Source of the DNA: Alphaproteobacteria bacterium
Lineage (GTDB): Bacteria; Pseudomonadota; Alphaproteobacteria; Rs-D84
DNA length: 32,000 nt
NCBI GenBank assembly: GCA_009784235.1
Contig: WRCC01000002.1
Coordinates: forward strand, 181,346-213,345
Direction of reading: 5' to 3'
Below the pieces are notes generated by a model. That model was not told the DNA's origin. It saw nothing but the letters and a program-made list of their open reading frames with translations, and ran no database searches. The stretch's first letter is position 1; the number at the start of each line of letters is the position of its first letter. Of this stretch, positions 1 through 9,449 are shown piece after piece. The position numbers were made by a program, and so were the translations under genes.

Positions 1-1260
1 ACCGTTCAGAACGTTGATGCGGATGGACATCCGTTGTGCACCAATGCGACTGGTGGAATTGGGCGCTGTGACGACCATTCAGGTATGTTCACATTGCCGT
101 CAAATATTGCGAAAACGGACTTTGTAATTCAGGAAGCTGAACGCAGTGTATTCGCCCAACTGATTGCAGACTTGGAAATGGAAGCGCAAGCAAAATTCAA
201 CGCGAAACTGACGGCGCAACAGAATATGTGTTTGTCGGGCAATGCCGCGGGCGGAATTGTTGCGAATGATGCAGGCACGTACCAATGGGTGCGATTGACC
301 AGCGGATTGCCGCGCAATTACGGCACGATGGGATTGGCATCAACCCAGTTCCGTGCATCGAATGAAATATATAATTCGTTCTGTCGTCTGCGTATCACCA
401 TCCAGTCTGATGATTCTGCGATACGTCGCAAACTGCAAGAACCGCGTACTGCATGGGGTACAGCATACTTTGCGGTCGGCGATTCGTTCACATGCGGTTC
501 ATGGATACCGAACCAAGTGCTGGCAGATTTGTCCGAAGAAGTAGCCAAAGCGAAAACAGGGACAGACGCGTCCGGGTCTTTGAAAAGAGGGCAAGGTTGG
601 GCCGTTGCTGGAACATCCATCTTGGGCGCGGTTGGTGGTGGTGTCGGCATGAATGCACTGCAAAAAAACAGCCTGGGCGGATTATTGGGTACCAGAAAAC
701 CGGTTGAAGACAAGAATACAGCAAGCTGTCGCAGCCAATTGGAAAGCGATATAAGAGGATTGGTGGCATTGATTCCGCATAGTTTTGAATCGAACTATGT
801 AGTGCGTGATACCATAATAACGCGTTCTACTATCACAGGCGTGGGCGAACAAAGCGTGACCACATTCAGGGCGTCACATCGCGCTGGTTCGAATGTTCCT
901 GTGCAAACGATAATATCTAATCTGACAGCAATGGGCGTCCAAGTTACAACTGGCCCAGACCCAGATGGCACAAGATATTATTTCAGCTGGTCGCACGAAG
1001 GACTGCTTGATACAAAATGCGGGGCCAGCGAATTAGAAGACAAGAATAAGGGATGGCGTACAGCTGTGAATATACTTGGTGCTGGTATTGGCGGGACTGT
1101 GGTGGGTGTTACTACGGCCCAGATAATGAAATCAGCAAATCGCGCGCAATTCTCGCGCGAACAGGAAGAATGGATGGAAAGCGTCGGTAATCATATCAGG
1201 TGCTATATAGGGGCACAGGAAGTCGGAACATTCGGTGATATAATATCGACCGAGATGTAA
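1..1260 (+). CDS. hypothetical membrane-associated protein, C-terminal part (5' end upstream of window)
   Basis: Frame 1 is open from nt 1; the TTG at 34 is only the ORF-track start. Stop is TAA 1258-1260, followed by a strong hairpin terminator. Two Gly-zipper-like hydrophobic segments (GWAVAGTSILGAVGGGVGMNAL; GWRTAVNILGAGIGGTVVGVTTAQIM), each after a Cys-containing region and an EDKN motif. No family recognised. Confidence 0.6.
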   Translation, partial: TVQNVDADGHPLCTNATGGIGRCDDHSGMFTLPSNIAKTDFVIQEAERSVFAQLIADLEMEAQAKFNAKLTAQQNMCLSGNAAGGIVANDAGTYQWVRLTSGLPRNYGTMGLASTQFRASNEIYNSFCRLRITIQSDDSAIRRKLQEPRTAWGTAYFAVGDSFTCGSWIPNQVLADLSEEVAKAKTGTDASGSLKRGQGWAVAGTSILGAVGGGVGMNALQKNSLGGLLGTRKPVEDKNTASCRSQLESDIRGLVALIPHSFESNYVVRDTIITRSTITGVGEQSVTTFRASHRAGSNVPVQTIISNLTAMGVQVTTGPDPDGTRYYFSWSHEGLLDTKCGASELEDKNKGWRTAVNILGAGIGGTVVGVTTAQIMKSANRAQFSREQEEWMESVGNHIRCYIGAQEVGTFGDIISTEM

Positions 1261-1263
1261 AAT

Positions 1264-1294
1264 AAAACACCCCGAAAGGGGTGTTTTATTTTTG
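1264..1294. terminator. intrinsic terminator hairpin between convergent genes
   Basis: aaaacacccc (1264-1273) / gaaa loop / ggggtgtttt (1278-1287), followed by a T-rich tail. The A-tract upstream makes it usable on both strands. Confidence 0.8.
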
Positions 1295-1348
1295 TAATTT
1301 TTTATAAATCCAAACGTTTGCTGGCGGAAAAAATTATTGGGTGCAATT

Positions 1349-1750
1349 TCATTTCCTCACCCTCACCCGCCACGCGCCACCGGTCGGCATCAGTGAATAT
1401 TCCACTATATATGGTGCCAAAAAGCCATTTGCCCATTCAGGGAATAAAGTACGCAGTTTGCCCGATCGACCGGTAACAATTTCCACTGTTTCACCAGGAC
1501 GGTTTCGCAAAAAATCCGCGACCAAGATTTCTGATTCTGCAACTGTTTGTCCGTGTAAATCCAATTTCGCCGGTGCGCGGCGTAAATTGCCCGCATGTTC
1601 GCGCATTATTTTTCTGCGTGATGATTTTGCTTTGTCGCCGAATTTTTCATACGCAGACAGCGGGCATTCTTCTTTGCGTCCCGCGGTCAGATTTTCCATA
1701 AATTTTTTAAATGATTCATTCAAACGGATTTTCTGTCTTTTTATATTCAA
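1349..1750 (-). CDS. Smr (MutS2 C-terminal-like) domain protein
   Basis: C-terminal half reads KLDLHGQTVAESEILVADFL...VEIVTGRSG, the LDLHG...TG(K/R)G pattern of Smr domains. The start is uncertain: TTG at 1750 overlaps the der 3' end by 35 nt, and the first ATG is at 1699. Confidence 0.7.
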   Translation of the reverse strand: MNIKRQKIRLNESFKKFMENLTAGRKEECPLSAYEKFGDKAKSSRRKIMREHAGNLRRAPAKLDLHGQTVAESEILVADFLRNRPGETVEIVTGRSGKLRTLFPEWANGFLAPYIVEYSLMPTGGAWRVRVRK

Positions 1751-3059
1751 TCACAATCGGCAATTGTTCCCAGTTTAATGCTTTGGCAATACCGCGGCGC
1801 AGATACCGTGTATAAGAATCTGGAATATCCGATGCACCGCCAACATTAATCACAACCGTCATCGGATGCGTTTTTGTTTGTGAAGCGAATTTAATACGCA
1901 TCGGGCGTTTCAAGCGTGACATCGGGGGTTGATGTGCCGCGACCAGTTTTTCAATCGTGCGGTTAATTATCGCCGTGCCGGCACGCGTATTTGATATATC
2001 CCACAGCGCGAACGCGCGTTTCAGCATTGTTGTGACGCCCGTTCCCTTTTCGGCCGAAATCGGTATAATCATCGGCTTTATAATTTGCGAGAATGAATTT
2101 TCAAACTGGCGCGTTAATTTCGACCATTTCGCATCGCGTTCATTTGCATCAACCAAATCCCATTTATTCAGCGCGACAACCAGAATTTTACCGGCGTCAT
2201 ATACGCGGCCGGCAATGCCAAGGGCTTGGTTTTCTATATTTTTCGTAGAATCGACAATTAAAATCACAATATCCGTTTTGCCAATTGCGTCCAGCGATTT
2301 CAGCGCGGATAATGTTTCGACATCGTCTGTGATGCCTGCTTTGCGTCGCAGACCCGCTGTATCCATAATTGTAAAATTACGGCCCAATGCGCGCGCCGAT
2401 AATTTCACAGTATCACGTGTGATTCCCGGCTCGTCCTTTACAATCATGCGATTTTGACCCAGAATGCGATTTACAAGTGTGGATTTTCCAACATTTGGCT
2501 GCCCCATAATTGCAATGCGCAGTTCTTTATTATTTTCAGTATCCAAATCTGTTTTTTGAATTTCTTTTTTATTATCAAATTTTTCCACAAAATCATAAAT
2601 CGCATCAAACCCAATTTTATGTTCAGCGGAAATTGGAATTGGTGTTCCGAATCCCAATTTATAAAATTCTGAATTGTCAGCAATACGTTTTCCGGATTCT
2701 GATTTGTTCGCTAATAATAACACCGGTTTTTTCAAACGATTAACCACGCGCGCCCAATCCAAATCTTTTGGCATCAGGCCAGCTTTGGCATCCGCCACAA
2801 ACAAAACCGCGTCTGCATTTTTAATTGTTGCCAATGCCATATCTGTGCTGATTTTTCCGATATCCGTTGTTTTTGCTTCCAAGCCCGCAGTATCGAAAAG
2901 CGTGACGTTCGCATCATCCGGCATTTTCATTTTGCCGGCGACAACATCGCGCGTAACACCCGGCCGGTTATGGACCAACGCATCACGCGTACCCGTCAAT
3001 TGATTAAACAGTGTCGATTTGCCAGTGTTTGGCCGCCCAACGATTGCGATTTTTGTCAT
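1716..3059 (-). CDS. der: ribosome-associated GTPase Der/EngA
   Basis: Two tandem GTPase domains with P-loops GRPNTGKST and GQPNVGKST, DTAG motifs, NKxD (NKSE/NKWD) and a KH-like C-terminus. ATG at 3059. Confidence 0.95.
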   Translation of the reverse strand: MTKIAIVGRPNTGKSTLFNQLTGTRDALVHNRPGVTRDVVAGKMKMPDDANVTLFDTAGLEAKTTDIGKISTDMALATIKNADAVLFVADAKAGLMPKDLDWARVVNRLKKPVLLLANKSESGKRIADNSEFYKLGFGTPIPISAEHKIGFDAIYDFVEKFDNKKEIQKTDLDTENNKELRIAIMGQPNVGKSTLVNRILGQNRMIVKDEPGITRDTVKLSARALGRNFTIMDTAGLRRKAGITDDVETLSALKSLDAIGKTDIVILIVDSTKNIENQALGIAGRVYDAGKILVVALNKWDLVDANERDAKWSKLTRQFENSFSQIIKPMIIPISAEKGTGVTTMLKRAFALWDISNTRAGTAIINRTIEKLVAAHQPPMSRLKRPMRIKFASQTKTHPMTVVINVGGASDIPDSYTRYLRRGIAKALNWEQLPIVIEYKKTENPFE

Positions 3060-3137
3060 GTTAAAAACTCATTGCTCTTTTGTAATTCTTGCTTTATTAT
3101 AATCTTATAAAAGTCAATAAGCAAGCGGGAGACGACA

Positions 3138-3752
3138 ATGGCAAAAGCACCAAAAAAGAAAAATATAATCGCACGCTGGACGACCAGCATATTGGACGTA
3201 TTGTTCCGTCCGAAACAGTTCTTTTCGAAAATCGTCGCGGACGGCAATCTGGAAGAATCAATGTTAAAGGCATTCCTGTACGGTCTGCTGGGCGGTGCGG
3301 CCGTGTTGGCGATGCAATTAATCGGCGGCGCGACGATAACTTTTTCCGTCGTATTTTCGAAACTGGTTGTTGTGCCGGTTTTGGCGGTTGCGATATTGTT
3401 CGTGCTTGGCGGACTTCTTATGCTGGTCGCGGAAATTACCGGCGGTGAACGCGATTGGGAAATTGCGGTCAAGGGTTTGGCGTCCGTGTTCTTTATATAT
3501 CCGGTTATACTGATAATGAACGCATTGGCGTTTAATTGCACCAGCTTGTGGATAATCAGCATTATTGTTGATTTGTATGTATTGTTCTTGCTGTATAATA
3601 TTGCGGTGTATTGCTTGCGCGGGAATCGGATTCGCGTGATGATTGTTATCGGCGCGCTGGGCCTGTTTATGCTGACCGTTTATATGGCCGATTACAGATT
3701 GGGATGGTTTATGATAAAAAATACTGGTGCCGCCCTTAAATGCCTTGTATAA
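3138..3752 (+). CDS. Yip1-family-like polytopic membrane protein
   Basis: N-terminus ILDVLFRPKQFFSKI resembles the Yip1-domain N-terminal motif and is followed by about 5 hydrophobic helices. A terminator lies directly downstream. Confidence 0.5.
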   Translation: MAKAPKKKNIIARWTTSILDVLFRPKQFFSKIVADGNLEESMLKAFLYGLLGGAAVLAMQLIGGATITFSVVFSKLVVVPVLAVAILFVLGGLLMLVAEITGGERDWEIAVKGLASVFFIYPVILIMNALAFNCTSLWIISIIVDLYVLFLLYNIAVYCLRGNRIRVMIVIGALGLFMLTVYMADYRLGWFMIKNTGAALKCLV

Positions 3753-3781
3753 AAAATCCGCCATTTGGCGGATTTTTTTAA
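3753..3781. terminator. intrinsic terminator
   Basis: aaaaaatccgcc-attt-ggcggattttttt: GC stem flanked by an A-run and a T-run. Confidence 0.8.
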
Positions 3782-3889
3782 TGAAAAATATAATTTATAT
3801 GGGACGAATGCGATGTTGTTGGTGGCGGGAGTGTATTTGACATACATGACCAGAGCCAACAGCAAGCAGGCGTCCATAGAAATTATATT

Positions 3890-4915
3890 TTAAAACTTTC
3901 CACGTAATCCGCCGGCAATAAACGGACTGGTGGTAATTTCAGATGCGACCAGGCCGCCACTGGTCCAAACATCAACGAATTGATTTATTTTATATCGCAA
4001 TGATAAAAGACCGGTATGAACATATCGTGTGCCATTATCATGGAATAATCCGACGTCCGAAAAGATATATGATGCGGATACGCTGTAATTTAACAAATCA
4101 TAAGATGCGCCGGTGCCGATGCGTAGACCGTCCTTGGTTGGTCCCAGTGGTTCATGGTCATAAATCGCACGTACGTTCAGGCCGAACATCCAGCTGGTGT
4201 ATTGTACATTCAATCCAGTTGCAATTTGTGCGCGGAAATTTGCATCTGCGACATAATCGAAAATGTCTTCGGTTAAATTACGCGGTGAATCGATGAATGA
4301 TGCGCCGAATGATGCAGTAATTTTAGTCTTGCCGTCTGGTTTGCGATATTTTATTCCGATGTCGGATGCAGATTTGAATCGGTCTTCGCCGGGTGCGAAC
4401 GATATACCGAATTGCCATGGTTTTGACGGTACGGTCGCAATAGAGCCACGCAAAGAATAACGCGTGCCGCCGTTGGTTGGATTCGCAATAAACATCGCAT
4501 TCGGGTTTGCGATATCATACACAATTGAATAATCATTAATACGCAAACCGCCGACATCCGGCAACGCAACGCCCATTTTATTCGCGATGGAATCTGTAAT
4601 TCCGGCTTCGCCGCGACCCCATGGCGATTCAACAAACATAAACGCGTCACGCGCCCATTTGTCCGCATCCAGCGTCAACCGGTCAACCGAATATACTGCA
4701 CCCATTCGCCATTCATCATCAAATGCGTAATTGCCCGTTAAACGAATACGAAAATCAGATAAAAAATAATCATCCGGGTCACGTGCGTACGCGCCGCCAA
4801 TCATGCCTTCGCCACTGGCGCGAAAAGTAAAATCGCCGTATTGGTATTCCAATGGATTTGCATGCGCCGCAAAGCACAAAGCACAAGGCATAAGACATAA
4901 CAAAATTTTCTTCAT
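3890..4915 (-). CDS. outer-membrane beta-barrel (porin-like) protein
   Basis: Signal peptide MKKILLCLMPCALCFAAHA, alternating amphipathic beta-strand pattern, Gly/Tyr-rich, C-terminal ...GGLRGKF (terminal Phe typical of OMPs). AAGGA SD sits inside the rpoH 3' end; only 2 nt separate the rpoH stop from this ATG. Confidence 0.7.
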   Translation of the reverse strand: MKKILLCLMPCALCFAAHANPLEYQYGDFTFRASGEGMIGGAYARDPDDYFLSDFRIRLTGNYAFDDEWRMGAVYSVDRLTLDADKWARDAFMFVESPWGRGEAGITDSIANKMGVALPDVGGLRINDYSIVYDIANPNAMFIANPTNGGTRYSLRGSIATVPSKPWQFGISFAPGEDRFKSASDIGIKYRKPDGKTKITASFGASFIDSPRNLTEDIFDYVADANFRAQIATGLNVQYTSWMFGLNVRAIYDHEPLGPTKDGLRIGTGASYDLLNYSVSASYIFSDVGLFHDNGTRYVHTGLLSLRYKINQFVDVWTSGGLVASEITTSPFIAGGLRGKF

Positions 4916-4917
4916 GA

Positions 4918-5850
4918 TTATTCCTTGTTCGCATCCGATAACATCGCAGATTGCAATTTTGAAAATGCCCGTTCTTCGATTTGGCGAATACGTTCGCGTG
5001 ATACGCTGTATTTTTCAGCCAATTGTTCCAGTGTTTGCACCGGGTCGGACAACCTTCGTGCAATCAGTATGGCACGGTCACGTTCCGGCAAATCCGCCAT
5101 ATGTTTTTGCAATAATTCATGACCGAATCGTCGGAACTGCATATCTGAAATTTTGTCTTCGGGCGAATCTGCATTATCGGCCAGATTGGACATAATATCT
5201 GCGCCACCGTCTTCATCATGTGCCGGCCGGTTCAGCGATAAATCGCGTGCGCGCATCCGGCCTGACATATTTTCAACGTCTGATTCCGATACATCCAAAT
5301 ATTCTGCAATTTGCTTTGTCTGGTCGCTGGACAATGTTGAATCCATGATGCCCAGCGCGCGTTTCGCACGCGACAGACCAAAAAATACACGCTTTTGATT
5401 TGCCGATGTGCCGATTTTTACCATCGACCAATTGTTTAATATTGTTTCGTAAATTTCGGCCTTTATCCAGAACATAGCGTATGTTGAAAACCGGAATCCG
5501 CGTTCCGGGTCAAATTTTTGCAAAGCCTGCATCAGGCCCAGGTTGCCGGACGCAATCAAATCAACGACCGGAATGCCATAATTGCGGAAATCATACGCTA
5601 CGGATACAACCATGCGCAAATGACTGGTGACCAGTTTTTCGGCCGCAAAAGCATCCTTGGTCTGTTGAAATTCGGTTGCGTATTTGTATTCGTCTTCGGG
5701 TGACAATAATGGAAATTGTTGGATTGCGCGGACATAGCGGTCCAAGCTGGATTCATCAGAAATAACTGGCAAGCGCGGTGATTGTATAACCGCGGGTACG
5801 GCGGCATCGCGCGGCGGTGTTTCTGTTATTTTCGATTTTCTTCCTTTCAT
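4918..5850 (-). CDS. rpoH: RNA polymerase sigma-32 (heat-shock sigma factor)
   Basis: Sigma-70 family regions 2-4 (LVTSHLRMVVSVAYDF..., GNLGLMQALQKFDPERGFRFSTYAMFWIKAEI) plus an RpoH-box-like QKRVFFGLSRAK. I place the start at ATG 5850 (MKGRKSK...); the ORF-track extension to 5988 is hydrophobic junk. Confidence 0.9.
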   Translation of the reverse strand: MKGRKSKITETPPRDAAVPAVIQSPRLPVISDESSLDRYVRAIQQFPLLSPEDEYKYATEFQQTKDAFAAEKLVTSHLRMVVSVAYDFRNYGIPVVDLIASGNLGLMQALQKFDPERGFRFSTYAMFWIKAEIYETILNNWSMVKIGTSANQKRVFFGLSRAKRALGIMDSTLSSDQTKQIAEYLDVSESDVENMSGRMRARDLSLNRPAHDEDGGADIMSNLADNADSPEDKISDMQFRRFGHELLQKHMADLPERDRAILIARRLSDPVQTLEQLAEKYSVSRERIRQIEERAFSKLQSAMLSDANKE

Positions 5851-5935
5851 GCCGATTATTATAGATAAATATTTTCCATTTGCAATAGGCACAAAATGGA
5901 TTATTATGGGACACAAACAAAAAAAGGAAGAAATT

Positions 5936-6625
5936 ATGGCAAGCATGCTGGAACGATTCAAAACAATCAAGCAACCCAAAAAGACCATGTCGGAACATGC
6001 CGAAGATGCATTGTACCGTGAAATAGGCGAAGAAGTTCAAACCCAAGAAATGTACGATTTTATAAAAAAGTATGCGCGCATTTTAATCGCCGGCGCGATT
6101 GTTATCGTTATATGTGTCGCGGGTTGGCAATTATTTCGGGCACATCGGGAAAGTTCACGTATGACGTCTGCGACGGCGTATGAAACCGCGGTGAATATGG
6201 CGCATAATAATCCGGGCGCGGCGGGCGAAGCGTTGGCACGTGCGGCGAAATCCGGTTCTGGCGGTATGGCAGATTTGGCTTTGTTTGATTCTGCGCGGAT
6301 TGATTTACAGATGGGTAATCGTGCGGCAGCCGAAAAGTCTTTGGAACAATTGGCAAAAAATGGCGCGACAGTTGATTTTCGGCACTTGGCAACAATATAC
6401 CTGGCCATAATGCGTGCTGATTCAATGACGCCGCGTGAATTTGAAAAATTCTTGGCGCCGCTGCAAACCAAACGTTCACCATTTTATTACACTGGATTGC
6501 TGATGATTGCGCAAAAATATCTGTCCGTGGCAGATGAAGATAATGCGCGTATCTGGTTGGATAAAATCATTATGGATGCAGATGCGCCGCGCGTAATTGC
6601 CGCCGAAGCAGAAGCATTGCGGTAA
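5936..6625 (+). CDS. YfgM-like TPR/Ala-rich single-pass membrane protein
   Basis: Cytoplasmic N-terminus, one TM (ILIAGAIVIVICVAGWQLF), Ala-rich helical periplasmic part. It sits directly upstream of a BamB-like gene, as in the E. coli yfgM-bamB-der arrangement. Start chosen at ATG 5936, preceded by aaggaag. Confidence 0.6.
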   Translation: MASMLERFKTIKQPKKTMSEHAEDALYREIGEEVQTQEMYDFIKKYARILIAGAIVIVICVAGWQLFRAHRESSRMTSATAYETAVNMAHNNPGAAGEALARAAKSGSGGMADLALFDSARIDLQMGNRAAAEKSLEQLAKNGATVDFRHLATIYLAIMRADSMTPREFEKFLAPLQTKRSPFYYTGLLMIAQKYLSVADEDNARIWLDKIIMDADAPRVIAAEAEALR

Positions 6626-6629
6626 TAAT

Positions 6630-7385
6630 ATGTATGTAAAGAAAATATTTTATTTGGTTGCATGCTGTTTGGTAATTGGTGCGTGTTCCAAAAAGGACCC
6701 GATTTTGCCGGGTGACCGCACGCCTGTATTTGCAACGGGCGAAATTGTCGTGAAAAATAAAGCCATTCCGGATGGAATGATAGCTATGCAGGCCACTGGT
6801 TCCACGCCACCGACCAGTGCATTTATCCAAGACGCTGACAATATAATATGGGAAATTCCGACTGTGGGTGACAAGCGTCGGGTATTTTCCGGATTGCCAA
6901 CCACATCGCGCGTAAATATTGAACGCGTGCCTGCTTATGCAAATGGGTTTGTTTATGCCGGATTATCCACCGGCGAATTGGTCAAGGTTAATGTACGAAC
7001 ACGCCAGCTGGTCTGGATTGCAGATATATTCAAAGAAAGCGCGCTGACCGGTGGTGCATCGTTATTGGATATCGTTGCACCGGTCCAAATTGTCGGCAAT
7101 GCGGTTTATGTTGGCGGCCTGGGTGATGCGATGTGTCGCGTGCGTGACCGCGATGGACATAAAGTGTGGTGCAATCCAATCGGTGTTGGTGTGCCATTTG
7201 TCGTTGCAGGCGAAGTTGTATTTGTTGTTGCAACAGATGGACATTTATACGCGATTAATGCAAGTGACGGTGCAATATTCTGGCGCACGCGTGTTGCGCG
7301 TCAATCTGCGCCTGTATTATCGGATGATATGATAATCACAGTCGGTCGTGAAAGGTTTAAAGCAACGGATGGAAATAAGATATAA
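6630..7385 (+). CDS. bamB: PQQ-like beta-propeller lipoprotein, short BamB-like
   Basis: Lipobox LVIGAC at the N-terminus (MYVKKIFYLVACCLVIGAC). Repeated G.VY.G...G.L.A.N...G...W blade motifs (e.g. DGHLYAINASDGAIFW). At 251 aa it is shorter than typical 8-blade BamB. Confidence 0.65.
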   Translation: MYVKKIFYLVACCLVIGACSKKDPILPGDRTPVFATGEIVVKNKAIPDGMIAMQATGSTPPTSAFIQDADNIIWEIPTVGDKRRVFSGLPTTSRVNIERVPAYANGFVYAGLSTGELVKVNVRTRQLVWIADIFKESALTGGASLLDIVAPVQIVGNAVYVGGLGDAMCRVRDRDGHKVWCNPIGVGVPFVVAGEVVFVVATDGHLYAINASDGAIFWRTRVARQSAPVLSDDMIITVGRERFKATDGNKI

Positions 7386-7412
7386 AAAATGCGGCATTGC
7401 CGCATTTTTTAT
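7386..7412. terminator. bidirectional intrinsic terminator
   Basis: aaaaaatgcggcattgccgcatttttt between convergent bamB-like and gapR-like genes. Confidence 0.75.
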
Positions 7413-7657
7413 ATCCCAAGCGCATCACGATACATCTTGGTCAATTCGTCTGTTTCTTCCAATTCATCCGGATCCATTTTGCGCAAGCGGACCATCTGGC
7501 GAACATATTTCGGGTCGTATCCGGCACTTTTTGCCTCTGTAAATATTTCTTTCATATCGGCGGCGATTGCAGCCGTTTCTTCATGCATTTTTTCAATACG
7601 TTCGATGATTGTAATCAGCTGTTTATTATCAATTGCGCCAGTATTTGCGTGCTTCAT
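7409..7657 (-). CDS. gapR: DUF2312/UPF0335 protein (GapR-type nucleoid-associated protein)
   Basis: 82 aa; LITIIERIEKMHEETAAIAADMKEIFTEAKSAGYDPKYVRQMVRLRKMDPDE matches the conserved GapR/DUF2312 core found in alphaproteobacteria. Confidence 0.85.
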   Translation of the reverse strand: MKHANTGAIDNKQLITIIERIEKMHEETAAIAADMKEIFTEAKSAGYDPKYVRQMVRLRKMDPDELEETDELTKMYRDALGI

Positions 7658-7725
7658 ATCTTTACCCCTTGATTATTCGTGTGGGTATGATATCATTGCA
7701 CGACTTAAAAACAAGGAAAAAATAA

Positions 7726-9126
7726 ATGCAAAAACTGACCAAGATTACATCAACCATTGGGCCGATGTCGGCGCCAGAAAATGTGTTACGCCAAATGATT
7801 GAAAATGGCATGAACGTATGCCGATTGAATTTTTCCCATGATGCCAAGGAAGTTCACGCGGAACGCATCGCAACAATACGCAAATTGTCGGCGGAATTCG
7901 GACGGCCGATTGCCATTATGGCGGATTTACAGGGGCCAAAAAACAGAATCGGCGATTTTGCTGGAACATATACGGATGATGGTGAAACGCATCGCACGAT
8001 ATTAAAAATTGGCCAGACATTTACATTCGATTCAAACCCGGCGCTGGGCGATAATACCCGTGTCTATATGCCGGAATCTTTTGTTCTGGAATCGTTATCG
8101 GTCGGCGACCGTATATTGCTGAACGATGGTAAAATGGAAATGCAGGTTACGGCGAAATCACCGGGCCGGATTGACGCCGTTGTTATTCGCGGCACAGAAA
8201 TATGGGACCGCCGCGGATTTAATTTGCCGGATACAGAGGTTAATACAAGCGTGCTGACCGACAAAGACCGCGAAAATTTGGACTTTGTTTTGAAGCATAA
8301 TCCGGACTTTGTTGCAATTTCATTTGTGCAAAAACCAGAAGACGTTACCGAAGTTCGCAACTTTATTACCGCGCGCACATCTGCACCTGTAAAAATTATC
8401 GTTAAAATTGAACGCCCCCAAGGCGTTGAAAGGTTCGAAGAAATCGCGGATGTCGCGGATGCCGTTATGGTTGCGCGCGGCGATTTGGCGGTCGAAATGC
8501 CGTTCTGGGAAATTCCAGCAATTCAGCGTTACCTGATTCGTGCATGCCGTAAAAAGAATCGGCCGATTATCGTTGCGACACAGATGCTGGCATCTATGGC
8601 TGATAACGAATTCCCGCTGCGCAGCGAAATTTCCGACGTCGCGACGGCAGCGTATTTGCGTGCTGATTCAGTCATGACATCCGAAGAAACGACGATTGGA
8701 CATTTTCCTGTGCTGGTCGTTGAAACCATGTCGAAAATTCTGGCCAACGCAGATACGGATTCAATTGAAAATAGTTACGATTGGAATCGCGTTGATAATA
8801 TTCCAGAAAACGATTGGTCACGTTCGGTGACAACGGTGGCCTATCTGAACAAAGCAACGGCGATTGTTGTATTTGACCGCAGCGGCCGAAAATCACGCGA
8901 AATTTCATGTCGTCGCCCGGATATGCCGATTGTATCGGTGTGCAATTTGGAAATTATTGCGAATCAACTTTGCTTGTCACGCGGGGTACGTCCGATATTC
9001 AGCGAACAGATGTTCACGGCAAAGGATGTCTGCGCCGCGCTGGCACATGTGGGAATCGTGGGCGGCAAAGTCGTTGTTGTTGATGGCGACGATATAACGA
9101 TGAAAGACATAGAATGTGATGTATAG
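7726..9126 (+). CDS. pyk: pyruvate kinase
   Basis: TKITSTIGP...MNVCRLNFSHD, MVARGDLAVEMP and VATQMLASM motifs; AAGGAAA SD upstream. Confidence 0.93.
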   Translation: MQKLTKITSTIGPMSAPENVLRQMIENGMNVCRLNFSHDAKEVHAERIATIRKLSAEFGRPIAIMADLQGPKNRIGDFAGTYTDDGETHRTILKIGQTFTFDSNPALGDNTRVYMPESFVLESLSVGDRILLNDGKMEMQVTAKSPGRIDAVVIRGTEIWDRRGFNLPDTEVNTSVLTDKDRENLDFVLKHNPDFVAISFVQKPEDVTEVRNFITARTSAPVKIIVKIERPQGVERFEEIADVADAVMVARGDLAVEMPFWEIPAIQRYLIRACRKKNRPIIVATQMLASMADNEFPLRSEISDVATAAYLRADSVMTSEETTIGHFPVLVVETMSKILANADTDSIENSYDWNRVDNIPENDWSRSVTTVAYLNKATAIVVFDRSGRKSREISCRRPDMPIVSVCNLEIIANQLCLSRGVRPIFSEQMFTAKDVCAALAHVGIVGGKVVVVDGDDITMKDIECDV

Positions 9127-9134
9127 AATTTACC

Positions 9135-9449
9135 ATGAAGAAATTCACGCGCGTGATTGAAAATTTTAAATGTGCGAATTGCGGCGTGGATGTTTCGGGC
9201 ACGGGATATACGAATCATTGCCCGGCGTGTCTGTGGTCGCGGTGTGTGGATATAAATCCGGGTGACCGGGCATCCAGTTGCGGCGGCATGATGCGGCCCA
9301 TTTCAATTGAACAAAAATGCGGAAAATATATCATTATTCATAAATGTGAAAAATGCGGAAAATCCCGCCGCCAACATGCTGCGGATAATGATGATATGGG
9401 CGTGATTATAAAATTATCACAGGATGATGATTTTGTGTTTGGGAAATAA
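9135..9449 (+). CDS. RNHCP-domain zinc-ribbon protein
   Basis: CANCG...YTNHCPACLWS...HKCEKCG: Cys pairs and the NHCP motif of the RNHCP domain. 8 nt downstream of pyk. Confidence 0.7.
   Translation: MKKFTRVIENFKCANCGVDVSGTGYTNHCPACLWSRCVDINPGDRASSCGGMMRPISIEQKCGKYIIIHKCEKCGKSRRQHAADNDDMGVIIKLSQDDDFVFGK

Noticed and set aside
1341-1778. 145-aa plus-strand ORF
   Set aside because: It is antisense to the Smr-domain ORF, which has the LDLHG motif, and it runs into the der 3' end.
3547-3555. Perfect DnaA-box 9-mer tgtggataa (a second copy lies at 20805-20813)
   Set aside because: Both lie inside CDSs 17 kb apart. There is no cluster, AT-rich unwinding region or typical oriC neighbour genes, so this is not an origin.
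5851-5988. N-terminal extension of the rpoH ORF (likewise recR 27581-27709 and lspA 30901-30951)
   Set aside because: The extensions encode hydrophobic or odd peptides and overlap upstream genes or promoters. Internal ATGs match family N-termini; only the lspA ATG has a clear SD.
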